A DNA stretch of 64,000 nt from an uncultured delta proteobacterium (GCA_963716725.1 CAVQUB010000003.1:1-64000), one strand, 5' to 3'; counted from the stretch's first letter, positions 1 to 19,011 are shown. Translations and numbers: made by a program. The notes: generated by a model from the sequence alone, not told the origin.

Positions 1-1393
1 CGAAACGCATCAGGTCGCCGGAACGAAAGTGACGGTCGCCCTGCGCGAAGACGTTGCTCGAGATCTTCTTCTGCGTGGCGCCGTTGTCGGTGTAACCCTT
101 GAAATCGCCAAGCGCCGAACGCGGCGCGTCCCGGAGCTCGATCACCAGCTCGCCGACCTCGCCGGGCCCGCATTCGATGCAGAGGCCGCGCTCGTCCCGC
201 AGCAGTTCGTCCCCCTCGATGTCGTAGCGCGCCAGCTTCATGGCGCTGAATCGACGGAAGGGCACGTGTCCGACGGAACCGACCTTGCCCGTGAGGTTGG
301 CGATGATGCCGGGCGCCTCGGTGGCGCTGTAGAACTCGCGAATTGACGCGATTTGGAAGCGACGCGCGAACTCGGTCCAGACGTCCGCGCGGAGTCCGTT
401 GCCGACCGCGACCCGCAGCGGGTTGTTCTTCTCCAAATCGGTGGGCGGCGAGTTGATCAGGTACCGGCAGAGCTCGCCGATGTAGAGCATGGCGGTGGCT
501 CGATAACGTTGCACGTCGGACCAAAAGGCTTTGGCGCTGAAGGTGCGCCGAAGGGCCAGCGGCGTGCGCGTCATGACGCAGGAGCCCACGCCAATCAAGA
601 GCGCGCTCGAATGGTAGAGCGGCAGCACGGAGTAGAGCTTGTCGCCGGGCTGGAACTCGAAGAGCAGAGGGCCGAAGGCCGCGCCGGCGAGCACCGCGCG
701 GGCGTGGGTGACGCGGCAGGGCTTGGGCAAGCCCGTGGTGCCGGACGTGAAGATGTAGACGAAGTCGCGGCTGGCATCCACGCGGGCGCGAGCTCGGAGC
801 GCCGGAGCTTTCGCTACGCGGTCCTCGAGCTCCCCCAGTTCGAAGCTGACGACGCGCAGGGTCGAGAGCCGATCGAGGGCGCGGACGCGGGGGACGAATT
901 CCGTCTGAACCAGGGCGAGTCTCCCGCGCGAGGACACGATCGCGTGCTCCAGAGGCGAGCCTTCGAGGTGGTTGTTGATGAGCGAGGCCGTGGCGCCGAG
1001 GCGCGAGATCCCGAACAGCACACAGAGGTAACTCGGAGAGTTGTCGCCGAGGAGCACCACGACGTCGCCGCTACGGACACCGTCTTCCGCGAGCACGGCA
1101 GCGATGCGCGAGACCCGCTCGTCCACTTCGGCCCAGGTCAGCTGCTCGTCGCCCATCTCGAGCGCGAGCGCGTCGGGATCGACCCGGGCGTTCTCGGCGA
1201 TCATGCGCTCGATGCTCTCGTCGCGTCCTTCGCGGGCGCGCACCAGCCAGGGCAGCGTCTTGGTCGCAGCGATGGGCAGGGTGTGCAGCGCCGAGCGTAG
1301 CGTCTCGCGAAACAGCGGATCGTTTCGGCGGCGGACGACGTCGCCGAGCGTCGCCCTCAAATCGCCCAGCGCAGTCGAAAGCTCCCGAGGCAT
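1..1393 (-). CDS. Long-chain fatty acyl-CoA synthetase, FATP/VLACS family (runs off the window start, 3' end missing)
   Basis: Manual minus-strand translation from ATG 1393 gives YIFTSGTTGLPK (AMP-binding), LPLYHSS, YIGELCRYL, GNGLRADVW and EFYSATE. Absent from the ORF track because no stop lies in the window. Confidence 0.88.
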   Translation of the reverse strand, partial: MPRELSTALGDLRATLGDVVRRRNDPLFRETLRSALHTLPIAATKTLPWLVRAREGRDESIERMIAENARVDPDALALEMGDEQLTWAEVDERVSRIAAVLAEDGVRSGDVVVLLGDNSPSYLCVLFGISRLGATASLINNHLEGSPLEHAIVSSRGRLALVQTEFVPRVRALDRLSTLRVVSFELGELEDRVAKAPALRARARVDASRDFVYIFTSGTTGLPKPCRVTHARAVLAGAAFGPLLFEFQPGDKLYSVLPLYHSSALLIGVGSCVMTRTPLALRRTFSAKAFWSDVQRYRATAMLYIGELCRYLINSPPTDLEKNNPLRVAVGNGLRADVWTEFARRFQIASIREFYSATEAPGIIANLTGKVGSVGHVPFRRFSAMKLARYDIEGDELLRDERGLCIECGPGEVGELVIELRDAPRSALGDFKGYTDNGATQKKISSNVFAQGDRHFRSGDLMRF

Positions 1394-1451
1394 GCGGCGC
1401 TGAATTTACTTGGATCGAGTCCGGGGAGCACCTTCTGGGTGCGGGCTCGGG

Positions 1452-2457
1452 TCAGTTCCCGAAGATCTGGCCCCAGTACGACTTGTAGTAGCCGATGCCG
1501 ACGCGCTTGAAGCCCGCTCCCAGCATGTTGGAGTTGTGACCGGGGCTGTTCTTCCAGCCGTCCATGACGGCCTGCGCGCTGCCGTAGCCGGAGGCGATGT
1601 TCTCGCCGTTCGCGCTGGTCCCGCATTTGTTGGCTCGGGCCCAGGGGCTACTGATCGACGTCTCTGGAGCGGTGTGCGAGAAAAAGGTGTGCACGCCCAT
1701 GTGGTGGCAGTGCCCTTCGATGGTCGCTTGCAGCTTGGCGTCGTTGGCCAGAGCGCCGAGCCCCTTCGAGACGCGATATTGATTGAGCAGGGTGAACACC
1801 TGATCGATGTAGCCCTTTTCGGTCGCGCTCGGCACGCAGCAGACCGGGATGACCTTGCCGGGCTCGCTGCCGGTGCCGTTGGGATCGGTCAGCGTTTCGT
1901 AGTGACCCGTGGGCGTGCCGCCGGTACCGCCGCCGCTGGTCGTGCCGCCGCCGCTGGTCGTGCCGCCGCCGCTGGTCGTGCCGCCGGTGCCTCCCTTGGC
2001 CCCCGTGCCGCCGCCACCGCTGGTCGTGCCGCCACCACCGCTGGTCGTGCCGCCGCCGCCGCTGGTCGTGCCGCCGGTGCCTCCCTTGGCCCCCGTGCCG
2101 CCGCCGCTGGTCGTGCCGCCGCCGCTGGTCGTGCCGCCGGTGCCTCCCTTGGCCCCCGTGCCGCCGCCGCTGGTCGTGCCGCCGCCGCTGGTCGTGCCGC
2201 CACCGCTGGTCGTGCCGCCGCCGCCGGTCGTGCCGCCGCCGCTGGTCGTGCCGCCGCCGCCCCCACCACCGGTGGCGCCCTCACCTCCCGAGCCCGCGGC
2301 TCCTCCGCCAGAGCTGCCGCCGCCGGCGCTCGAATCCTCCGACGCCGGCCTGTCCGCCGCTGCCGTCTTCGAACGTGACGTCGTCGTAACCGAGAACGCT
2401 CGAGCAGCCGGCCGTCAGCACCACGAGAGGCAACACCCAACCAACTCGGAGCCGCAT
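1452..2457 (-). CDS. CAP (SCP/PR-1) domain lipoprotein with long Gly/Thr/Ser linker; one apparent frameshift near 2333
   Basis: Signal peptide with lipobox LTAGC (ORF 2281..2505), then GGTTSGG repeats in the frame of ORF 1452..1835. That ORF has CAP motifs (LNQYR, FFSH, GENIA, WKNSPGHNSNML, VGIG). Confidence 0.8.
1925..2260. repeat. Intragenic ~18-bp tandem repeat (gccgccgctggtcgtgcc) encoding the GGTTSG linker
   Basis: Directly visible repeat array with three interspersed ggtgcctcccttggccccc units. Confidence 0.9.
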
Positions 2458-2501
2458 GCCTGGGAGTGTCGCGTCCATTGGTTGCCGCGACAAGCCCGGC
2501 C

Positions 2502-3656
2502 TCACGGCGCAGCGCGCAACCGAATGGCGCCCAGCCGGGAGCGCTGCCCGACGGAGAGGTGAACCCGCACCCGTTCGGGGTGGTGCCCGGTCGCTTCGAG
2601 CACCAGCTCGTAGGACCCGGCCGCGAGGCCCTCGAGCGCGATCAGCTTCTCCGGCGGCTCGAACAGCCGCCGCGCGACGCAGACCTCTTTCGAGAAGTGC
2701 GTGTTGTACTCACACACGCTCACCATCAGCGAGGATGCCCCGGTCGCGAATTCTACGTTCGCTTCCAGACTGGCGGGCTTGTCGAGTCGGATCTCCACGT
2801 TGGCCGAGCCGGTGCGCAGTCCCTGCATGTGTCGCGGCGCGAAGCCCTCGGCGGTCGCGAACAGGTTGACCGGTGCGTCGCCGAGTCCGCCGAGTTCGAA
2901 GCGGCCGTCGTCGTCGGCCTCGACGAACCCGCTGCCCTCATCCGAGCTCCCGATCCGGGCTCCAGGCACGCCGCGCCCACGGTCGTCCACGACGCGACCG
3001 GAGAGCGCGCGCCCTTCGGAGAGTCGCAGCGTCAGCTCGGTCGGAGCGCCGCGGTGCTCCGGTCGAACTTCGGCGCGACCGGGACGGTGACGCCCGGAGT
3101 AGGCGTGCACGACCACCGCAGCCGGTTCGAGCTCGCCCACCTCGCAGAGTCCCGCCGAGTTGGTCTCGCAACGACCTCGCTCACGATCACCCTCGGCGAC
3201 GACACGCACCCTGGCTGCAGCGATGGGCTTGCCACGCGCGTCCTCGACCCGAACCCGAAGCAACGCCGCGGCCGGCAGCTCCAGCTCGACGCGGCTCGGT
3301 CCCGAGGGGATCTGCACGCTGCGCTCGTGCCGCACGTGCTGCGGGTGGGTGACGATCAGTCGCAGGCGCCCCGCGGCGAGGTTGCGCAGGACGATGGCCC
3401 CGTCGGCTCCGGTCTGGCCCGTCGCGACCAGATCATCGCCGAGCACGAGGCCCACGCGAGCCTGAGCCACCGGCCCGGAGCTACTCCGCACCACCACCTC
3501 GAGCGAAGTCAGGTCGCTGGGTGACGACTGCGGCGGCGGCGACGACGGCGGCGTGAGGACCTCTCGCTCCCGCACTCTCGACGGGCGGAGCTGGAACGCG
3601 AGCCACACCGCGAGCCCTGCGGCGATGGCCAAAGAGCCGATGGTGCGGCGGGTCAT
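2502..3656 (-). CDS. Membrane-anchored protein with carboxypeptidase-regulatory-like (Cna-B type) beta-sandwich repeats
   Basis: N-terminal TM helix; repeated motifs such as VEDARGKPIAAARV, GRVVDDRGRGVPGARI and ADDDGRFELGGL. Confidence 0.7.
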   Translation of the reverse strand: MTRRTIGSLAIAAGLAVWLAFQLRPSRVREREVLTPPSSPPPQSSPSDLTSLEVVVRSSSGPVAQARVGLVLGDDLVATGQTGADGAIVLRNLAAGRLRLIVTHPQHVRHERSVQIPSGPSRVELELPAAALLRVRVEDARGKPIAAARVRVVAEGDRERGRCETNSAGLCEVGELEPAAVVVHAYSGRHRPGRAEVRPEHRGAPTELTLRLSEGRALSGRVVDDRGRGVPGARIGSSDEGSGFVEADDDGRFELGGLGDAPVNLFATAEGFAPRHMQGLRTGSANVEIRLDKPASLEANVEFATGASSLMVSVCEYNTHFSKEVCVARRLFEPPEKLIALEGLAAGSYELVLEATGHHPERVRVHLSVGQRSRLGAIRLRAAP

Positions 3657-3704
3657 GCCTCGACCGGGCGATCTAGCCCGAATAGACCGCAGGTGCCGCA
3701 GCTC

Positions 3705-3866
3705 TCAGGCCCGACGTCGAGTCGCACGCAGGCCCAGGCGCACGGCATCGTGCACGAGCCCGTCGCCGCGGTCGCGTCGGGACCGCGCCATGATCCAGGC
3801 CACGAACGCTCCCTCCAGCAGCACGATCCCGACGAATGCGGCGTCGAGTTCACTCGCTCCAAGCAT
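3705..3866 (-). CDS. Small (53 aa) single-TM hypothetical protein
   Basis: MLGASELDAAFVGIVLLEGAFVAWIMARSRRDRG...RRRA*, preceded by a strong SD (AAGGGAGGT). Below the ORF-track size cutoff. Confidence 0.55.
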   Translation of the reverse strand: MLGASELDAAFVGIVLLEGAFVAWIMARSRRDRGDGLVHDAVRLGLRATRRRA

Positions 3867-4126
3867 GAAGAACCACCTCCCTTAGTGATGCGATTACTGG
3901 TTGACCGGAGCCTGGGCCAAGAAAGCAGCCAGTCTCGCCCGACGGCGCAGCGCGTAATTCCTGCGGAAATACCCCGCGATCGGCTGCCCCTTCGTGCATT
4001 CGGGCGGTTGCGCTATACGTGTCGCGTGCAAGGGGAGGTGAGCCCGAACGCGGCTCCCACCCTTCTGACGTCGAGGACCAGGTCTTGAGCGCGAACCCAG
4101 CGGAGGGGGCAGTGGCAGCCCCCGGC

Positions 4127-5428
4127 ATGGACCCGTGGCTCGGGCTCTCGCTGGGCCTGTTGCTGGTGGCGATCAACGGGTTCTTCGTCGCGGCGGAGTT
4201 CGCGCTGGTCAAGCTCCGGCCCACCCAGATCCAGCCGCGTGTCGACAAGGGCGAGGTGCGCGCAAAGATGACGCAGCACGTCCTGGAGCGGATGGCCTCC
4301 TACCTGTCCGCGGCTCAGCTCGGGATCACCCTGGCCAGCCTCGCGCTCGGATGGATCGGAGAGCCGGCCTTCGCCTGGATCTTGCGCCCACTCTTCGAGC
4401 AGATCCCGGGCGCGAGCCCGAGCATGCTGCACTCGGCGAGCGTCACCGCCGCCTTCTTCACGATCACGACGCTGCACATTGTCCTGGGGGAACAGGCTCC
4501 CAAGTGGCTCGGGCTCAAGCACCCCGAGGCGGTGAGTCTGTGGATCGCCATCCCGATGTTCCTGTTCCACAAGCTCACGTTTCCACTGACTTGGCTGTTG
4601 AACCTGACCACCAACGCGGTGCTGCGCCTCGTCAACATCGACGCTTCCGGCGCCGGGCACTCGGACCACAGCGAAGAAGAACTCCGGCTCTTGCTCTCCA
4701 CGGGTCCGTCGGGCCGCATGTCCAAGCAGAAGCGCGAGTTGCTCGACAACGTATTCGAGCTCTCGCATCGGACTGCGCGTCAGGTCATGGTGCCGCGCTC
4801 CGACGTGACCTACTTGTCGCTGAACCACTCGCTGGACGAGAACCTGGATGTCGCGCGGCGGACCGAATTCACCCGATTTCCGCTGTGCAAAGAGGATCTC
4901 GATCAGGCCTTCGGGATCGTCCACATCAAAGACCTGTTTCGCACGCGTGAGCTGCCGAAGTCCCTGGAGTCCATCAGGCGCGAGATCCACTTCGTCCCGG
5001 AGTCCCTCACCCTCGATCGGCTGCTGCGACGCATGCGCAAGGAGCGCGAGCACATGGTCGCTGTCGTGGACGAATACGGCGGCGTGAGTGGCATCGTCAC
5101 TCTCGAGGACGTGATCGAGGAAATCGTCGGACAAATCCAGGACGAGTTCGATCAAGAAAAGCCCGACATCAGCCGCGAATCGGAGGATGTCCATCGCGTC
5201 AGCGGAGCCGTGCTGGTCGTCGACCTCGAAGACGCCCTCAACGTCGAGTTCAGCGACCGGAACGAAGACACCGTCGGCGGCGTGGTCCTGTCCGAGTTGG
5301 GCAGTCCCCCCAAGGTCGGCGACGTGGTGGAGGTCGGCGAGGTGCGCTTCGAGGTGCTCGAGGTCAGTAGCCGTCGCATCGAGCAGTTGCGCGTGACGGT
5401 GCTTCCCGCGCAAGCTCGCGGCAGCTGA
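4127..5428 (+). CDS. CNNM/CorB (TlyC hemolysin-like) DUF21-CBS-CorC membrane protein
   Basis: NGFFVAAEFALV, AAQLGITLASLALGWIGEP, GEQAPK, CBS pair (VMVPR, VVDEYGGVSGIVTLEDVIEEIVG) and a CorC domain. Confidence 0.92.
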   Translation: MDPWLGLSLGLLLVAINGFFVAAEFALVKLRPTQIQPRVDKGEVRAKMTQHVLERMASYLSAAQLGITLASLALGWIGEPAFAWILRPLFEQIPGASPSMLHSASVTAAFFTITTLHIVLGEQAPKWLGLKHPEAVSLWIAIPMFLFHKLTFPLTWLLNLTTNAVLRLVNIDASGAGHSDHSEEELRLLLSTGPSGRMSKQKRELLDNVFELSHRTARQVMVPRSDVTYLSLNHSLDENLDVARRTEFTRFPLCKEDLDQAFGIVHIKDLFRTRELPKSLESIRREIHFVPESLTLDRLLRRMRKEREHMVAVVDEYGGVSGIVTLEDVIEEIVGQIQDEFDQEKPDISRESEDVHRVSGAVLVVDLEDALNVEFSDRNEDTVGGVVLSELGSPPKVGDVVEVGEVRFEVLEVSSRRIEQLRVTVLPAQARGS

Positions 5429-5570
5429 ATCAGTCCGCGCCCCAGGGCCCCGGTTGCAAGCAGGGGGCGGCGTCGGCGCCGCCATCACCGCTGTCGGAGA
5501 CTGGATCTTCGCCACAGGCACCAAGCAGCGTCAGCAGCAGCGCCGGCGGCGCGGCGCGCAGCGATCGCAC

Positions 5571-6053
5571 TCAGCCCTCGTCGCCGAACTGCGCGAGGCG
5601 CGCAGCGCGGGCCGCGTCGAGTCGTTGGTCGAGGGTATCCCTCAACACGCGCAGCTCGAATCGCTCGGGCCGATCGGCCTCGCGGGCCAACTCGCGCAGC
5701 ACTTCATCGGCACGCTCGCGCGGCGCCTCGGGCACGCCCAGCGCTTTTGCGAGCTGCCCCAGCGCCTCCTTGGTCCGCACCGAGGCCTCGCCGTCGAGGG
5801 TCGTGATCCAGGACGCGACTGCGTAGACGAAGAGGCGATCGGACTTGGACATGTTCATCCGATCCACGACGCCCATGTCGACGCGGTTCTTCACCGCCTC
5901 TTCGAGCTTCTGCAGTGAGTCGAGGTCGAGGCCCTCCTCCGCGGCAGTGCGCAAGATCGCGTCCGCGGCCTGCCGCGTGAGCTGGCCGTCGGCCCATCCG
6001 ACCGCGGCGAGCGCAATGTAAACGTCGAGCCCAAGGATGGGGTTCGTCGCCAT
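5571..6053 (-). CDS. TerB-like (tellurite resistance / DjlA N-terminal) protein
   Basis: ALAAVGWADG and WITTLDGE motifs typical of the TerB-like fold. Confidence 0.55.
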   Translation of the reverse strand: MATNPILGLDVYIALAAVGWADGQLTRQAADAILRTAAEEGLDLDSLQKLEEAVKNRVDMGVVDRMNMSKSDRLFVYAVASWITTLDGEASVRTKEALGQLAKALGVPEAPRERADEVLRELAREADRPERFELRVLRDTLDQRLDAARAARLAQFGDEG

Positions 6054-6201
6054 TACCCGAGAGCCTACACCGGACCGCCGGCGTTCGAGAACGATCTGCT
6101 TCGACCCGGGCCGAAGTGTGCCCTTTCCCGTCATCCCCGAGTCGGGCCCAAATCTCTCGACTTGAAACGCGGGCCGATACAGCCGAAAACCTTTCCCTCG
6201 G

Positions 6202-8040
6202 ATGGGCTCGATCCCCCCTGCGCCGACCCTCGTTCCCGGGCAACTCCTCGACCGGTACGAGCTGCTCTGCCCCGTGGCTCAGGGGGGCATGGCGCAAGTG
6301 TGGGTCGCGCGTATGCAGGGCAAGCTGGGCTTCGAACGGCTGGTTGCCATCAAGACCGTGATCGCCGAGCACGCGCTCGACGACAAGTTCGAGAAGATGT
6401 TCCTCGACGAAGCTCGGATCATCGAGCGCATTCGCCACCCGAACGTCGCTCAGATCTTGGACCTGGGCCAGCAGGGCAGCCTCTTGTTCCTGGTGCTCGA
6501 GTGGGTCGAGGGCGAATCTGCGGCCTCGCTCCGGCGCGCCGTGCACGGCAAGGGCGAGAAGATCCCGCTCAACGTCGTGTTGCGCATCCTGGCGGACTCC
6601 TGCGCAGGGCTTCACGCCGCCCACGAGCTCGTGAACGATCACGGCGAGCCGCTCGGCGTCGTGCATCGGGACGTATCACCGTCGAACGTGCTGGTGAGCT
6701 CGAGCGGCGAGGTGAAGCTGATCGATTTTGGTGTCGCCAAAGCCGTCGACCGCATTTCGGAAGAGACCGCCGCCGGGGTCATCAAGGGCAAGGTGGCCTA
6801 CATGTCACCCGAGCAAGCGCTCGGGAAGGCCGTCGACCGGCGCGCAGACATCTGGTCCGCGGGCATCATGCTCTACCACCTGCTCGCAGGGCGCACTCCC
6901 TACGAGGCCGACAATCAGATCGCGACGCTCCACCGCGTGGTGCAGGGGTTGCCACCCGATCCAATCCGCGGAATCCCGCCCGAAGTCGCCGAAATCGCCT
7001 ACACCGCGCTGTCGTACGCGGCGGACGGTCGCTATGCGACCGCGGACGAGATGCAACGCGCGCTGGAGCGAACCATCGTCAAGTGCTGCGGCCCAACCAC
7101 CCAAGCCGATGTCGCAGCCTACCTGAGTGCCAAGATGCCCGAGCGCATCGCGCGCCGGAAGCGCACGATCCAGCGGGCGCTCGACGCTTCCGTTCAGCGC
7201 AAGGAGCTCGCCCAAGAGTTCGAGACCGCCATCGAGCAGTCGAGCAGCAGCATGTTCGCCGCGCTCGAGCTCCGGACGCCGTCGTCAATGCAGGGCATCG
7301 CCCGGGCGACAGTGAGCTCTAGCGCGGAGATCGACGCGCTCATGGGGGACGATTCTGCCGTCGGTCCGGACGTGGACGATGCGGTTCCGCTACGTCATCT
7401 GGAGATCCCGGCGGCGAATGCGAGCGGATCCGAGACGTCGTCCCCGGCTTTCTCCGACGCCCCAACGCTGAAGAAGCCACCGACGAACCTGCCAGAGATG
7501 CCCCTGCCCCCCAGCGTGGCGCGGACGCCGGGACAGCTGCCGCCCATCCCGCAGCCGCCCTCCGACCGGCCGCCCCCCGCCGCCGAGGGTGACGCGCCGC
7601 TCCCGCCGATCCCCAGGGCTCCGCCTCCGGACGCTCCGCCTCCGGACGCACCCCCTGCGACCGAGCCCGACGCGACACGTCTCGCCAAGACCCAGCCCCC
7701 TACTGGTTCGGGCGCGCCTGCGACGCTCCCCGGCACGACCCGTCGCGCATCGACCCGTCCCGCATCGACCCGTCCCGCATCGACCCGTCCCGCATCGACC
7801 CGTCCCGCATCGACCCGTCCCGCCGCAAAAATGGCGGTCCCCACCCCCGTCATTACCGAGGCCGAACCTGCGCCTTCGCCTCGCGAGTTCCAATCGATCC
7901 CGGATACGGCGAAGTTCGGCACGCGCCGTCGCGGTCCGCTGATCGTGTTCGGCTTCGCCGTGGCGCTCCTGGTCTTCGGCTACGGGGCGTACCTGGTCTG
8001 GGACAAAGTCGACACCGAGCGCCGCTTGGCGCCACCCTGA
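6202..8040 (+). CDS. Ser/Thr protein kinase (Pkn family) with Pro-rich linker and C-terminal TM helix
   Basis: GGMAQVW, VAIK, HRDVSPSNVL, DFG, YMSPEQ and ADIWS motifs; hydrophobic C-terminus. Confidence 0.95.
   Translation: MGSIPPAPTLVPGQLLDRYELLCPVAQGGMAQVWVARMQGKLGFERLVAIKTVIAEHALDDKFEKMFLDEARIIERIRHPNVAQILDLGQQGSLLFLVLEWVEGESAASLRRAVHGKGEKIPLNVVLRILADSCAGLHAAHELVNDHGEPLGVVHRDVSPSNVLVSSSGEVKLIDFGVAKAVDRISEETAAGVIKGKVAYMSPEQALGKAVDRRADIWSAGIMLYHLLAGRTPYEADNQIATLHRVVQGLPPDPIRGIPPEVAEIAYTALSYAADGRYATADEMQRALERTIVKCCGPTTQADVAAYLSAKMPERIARRKRTIQRALDASVQRKELAQEFETAIEQSSSSMFAALELRTPSSMQGIARATVSSSAEIDALMGDDSAVGPDVDDAVPLRHLEIPAANASGSETSSPAFSDAPTLKKPPTNLPEMPLPPSVARTPGQLPPIPQPPSDRPPPAAEGDAPLPPIPRAPPPDAPPPDAPPATEPDATRLAKTQPPTGSGAPATLPGTTRRASTRPASTRPASTRPASTRPASTRPAAKMAVPTPVITEAEPAPSPREFQSIPDTAKFGTRRRGPLIVFGFAVALLVFGYGAYLVWDKVDTERRLAPP
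7738..7823. repeat. 15-bp intragenic tandem repeat (acccgtcccgcatcg; TRPAS x~5)
   Basis: Directly visible. Confidence 0.9.
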
Positions 8041-8146
8041 GCGAGGCGGCGCGGGCCGGGGGTTCTTGCCCGGCGAATCGGGTCGGACGCAGGTGCGCTT
8101 GGATTTCCGCCCACGCAGCGCGCGTGCGTTCATGTACTCTGGGCGC

Positions 8147-8734
8147 ATGCGATCCAAATTGCGCGGGCTCTTGGCGGTGACTGCAACGCTCGTGATCTCC
8201 GGCGCGCTCGCCAGCGGCTGTGGCGGTGATGACAGCGGCGGCGGCACAGCCACGGGCGGCACCGGCGGCAGCACGGGCGGCAGCGGCGGCAGCGGCGGCA
8301 CCGGCGGCGCCGGCGGCAGCACGGGCGGCAGCGGCGGCACAGGCGGTGGCAGCTGCAAGGCTGCGCCGGATCCCACGAGCACCGATGCCTGCGACGTCTG
8401 CCAAGGCGAGGACTACATGGGCTGCGCCTGCGAAGCCGAGGACACCACCTGCGCTGAAGACGACGAGTGCTTCGCGATCTGGGAGTGCATCGACGGAACG
8501 AGCGACGCGGGAACCGCGCCCTGCGACTCCATCGACGCCGCGGGCGCTGAATGCGTGAACAAGTGCATGGCACTGCACCCGGCCGGCAAGGCCAAGTACC
8601 TGGCCTCCGAGAAGTGCAACTATTGCGATTTCTGCGCGGCGGCCTGCGACACCGCCGAGTACTGCGGCGCGCTCGACAAACCTGTCGACGGCGGCGGCGG
8701 CACCGACGCGAGCTCCGACGCCACGACCGACTGA
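8147..8734 (+). CDS. Cys-rich myxobacterial lipoprotein with Gly-rich linker
   Basis: Lipobox ASGC, GGTGGS linker and many spaced Cys. Confidence 0.75.
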   Translation: MRSKLRGLLAVTATLVISGALASGCGGDDSGGGTATGGTGGSTGGSGGSGGTGGAGGSTGGSGGTGGGSCKAAPDPTSTDACDVCQGEDYMGCACEAEDTTCAEDDECFAIWECIDGTSDAGTAPCDSIDAAGAECVNKCMALHPAGKAKYLASEKCNYCDFCAAACDTAEYCGALDKPVDGGGGTDASSDATTD

Positions 8735-8753
8735 GCCGACACGGCTTCAGACC

Positions 8754-9095
8754 TTCGCCACCGCGCAGCGCGTTCCGAGGTGGCCGTTGGCGCCGTGCAC
8801 GCCATTCGCCTCGCCGCAGCGCGTTCCGACGTGGTCGTTGGCGCCGTGCACGCCATTCGCCACCGCGCAGCGCGTTCCGAGGTGGTCGCTGGCGCCGTGC
8901 ACGCCATTCGCCTCGCCGCAGCGCGTTCCGAGGTGGTCGCTGGCGCGTTCCCCCGCTCCTTCTGAACCCCCAAATCTCTCTCCCCGCGTCCCCCGCGTTC
9001 CCCGCGTCCCCCGCGCGTTCCCCCGCTCCTTCTGAACCCCCAAATCTCTCTCCCCGCGTCCCCCGCGTCCCCCGCGTTCCCCGCGCCTTTCGAAT
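8754..9095. repeat. Intergenic tandem repeats: ~3.8 x 51 bp followed by ~2 x 70 bp
   Basis: Unit ttcgcc(accg/tcgc)cgcagcgcgttccgaNgtggNcgNtggcgccgtgcacgcca. Second unit gcgcgttcccccgctccttctgaacccccaaatctctc... starts at 8943 and 9013. Confidence 0.9.
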
Positions 9096-9215
9096 CTTCT
9101 CTCACCGCCGACTCGTCAGCGCACTCACCGGGAATGCCACCCACAAAAAGCTACGAGGCGCTCGATCTCGCGACCGAACGCCTCGCATTCTCTTGGGGCC
9201 CCTAGGCCCGATCGA

Positions 9216-17718
<8,503 letters not shown>

Positions 17719-17981
17719 TCGTAGTTCCTCCGATGACGAGTCACGGACCTCGCACGGCGGCGCGGACGCGGGACCCGAGTGCCGGTCGAGAGGCGTCAGG
17801 GCCCGACAAGCGGGAGCGATCGCGTAATCGTCGGGACGAGCACCGCGGCGACGAAAGCCGACGCGTGGCACACCACGACGTTCACGTGGTGGCCACGCGG
17901 GGCGAAACGGATGCAGTCGAGCGGATCAAGCTGACGCACCGGGGTATGGGCCGAGCCGTCGCTCGCACCAGTCCGAGGGCC

Positions 17982-18371
17982 TCACTTGACCTCGACCTTG
18001 GCGCCAGCTTCTTCGAGCTTCTTCTTGATCTCGGCAGCCTCGTCCTTGGCGACGCCTTCCTTGACGGTCTTCGGCGCGCCCTCGACGAGGTCCTTCGCCT
18101 CCTTGAGGCCGAGGCCGGTGATCTCGCGGACGACCTTGATGACGTTGATCTTGTTCGGGCCGGCATCGCCGAGGACGACGTCGAACTCCGTCTGCTCCTC
18201 GACCGCGGCAGCGGCGCCACCGCCAGCGGCAGCCGCGCCAGCAACGGCAACCGGTGCGGCGCTGAACGCCCCACTTGTCCTCGAGCTCCTTGACGAGCTC
18301 CGCGATCTGGATGACCGGAAGGTTGGAAAGGTAATCGACGACCTGTTCCTGGTAATCTCAGCCATTTTCAT
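17982..18371 (-). CDS. rplL: 50S ribosomal protein L7/L12 (frameshifted N-terminus)
   Basis: [10 protein letters not shown]...[27 protein letters not shown]. Confidence 0.95.
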   Translation of the reverse strand: MKMAEITRNRSSITFPTFRSSRSRSSSRSSRTSGAFSAAPVAVAGAAAAGGGAAAAVEEQTEFDVVLGDAGPNKINVIKVVREITGLGLKEAKDLVEGAPKTVKEGVAKDEAAEIKKKLEEAGAKVEVK

Positions 18372-18468
18372 GCTCCATCAAGGCCCCGAAACTGTACGTC
18401 GCAGCGTCCGGAATCTGTTGTCGGTTATGGCCTTCGTGAATTCAAAAGTGTCGATCGACGAGGGTCAA

Positions 18469-19010
18469 TCAGCCCTCGTCCTTGCGCTGCTTGGCGGCGA
18501 GCACGCCGACGAAGTTCTGGGCGGGCGCGTTGAGCAGCATGCACGAAGCTGCTGTGCCGGCGCCATGAATCGTCGCGAGCAGCATCGCGCGCGCCTCGTC
18601 CTTGCCGGGCATGGTCGCGAGCTGGTGTCTCGACGCTCTTGCGCGTCGAGGACCTGGCCCTCGAGCAGCGCCGGCTTTGATCTTGAGCTTCTCGTTCGTG
18701 CGCTTGCGAACTCCTTGACGACCTTGGCAGCGGCGCTCGGCTCCTCGTAGCTCCAAGCGATGCCGGTCATGCCCTTCAGGGCCTTGCCCAGCCGCCGGCG
18801 CCACGTCTCGTCGCTCGAGCGCCTGCTTGACCAGCGTGTTCTTGACGACCTTGTACTCGACGCCCTTGGCGCGGAACTCGTCGCGGAGCTTGCTGACCTG
18901 CTTCGACGGTCATCCCCGTGAAGTCGAGGAACACGGCCGAGGTCATCTTCGTCGAAGCGCGTCCTTCAGGATCTCGCCGATCGCTTCCGCCTTTCGTCGG
19001 TGCGTTGCAT
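18469..19010 (-). CDS. rplJ: 50S ribosomal protein L10 (frameshifted)
   Basis: [19 protein letters not shown] and [15 protein letters not shown] fragments; position between rplA and rplL. Confidence 0.9.
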
Positions 19011-19011
19011 G

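Noticed and set aside
1889..2562. Pro/Val-rich (PPPLVV) and Ala/Arg-rich repeat ORFs
   Set aside because: They are antisense and off-frame shadows of the Gly/Thr linker of the CAP lipoprotein.
8754..9095. CRISPR array
   Set aside because: The units are contiguous tandem repeats with no unique spacers, and no cas genes are present.
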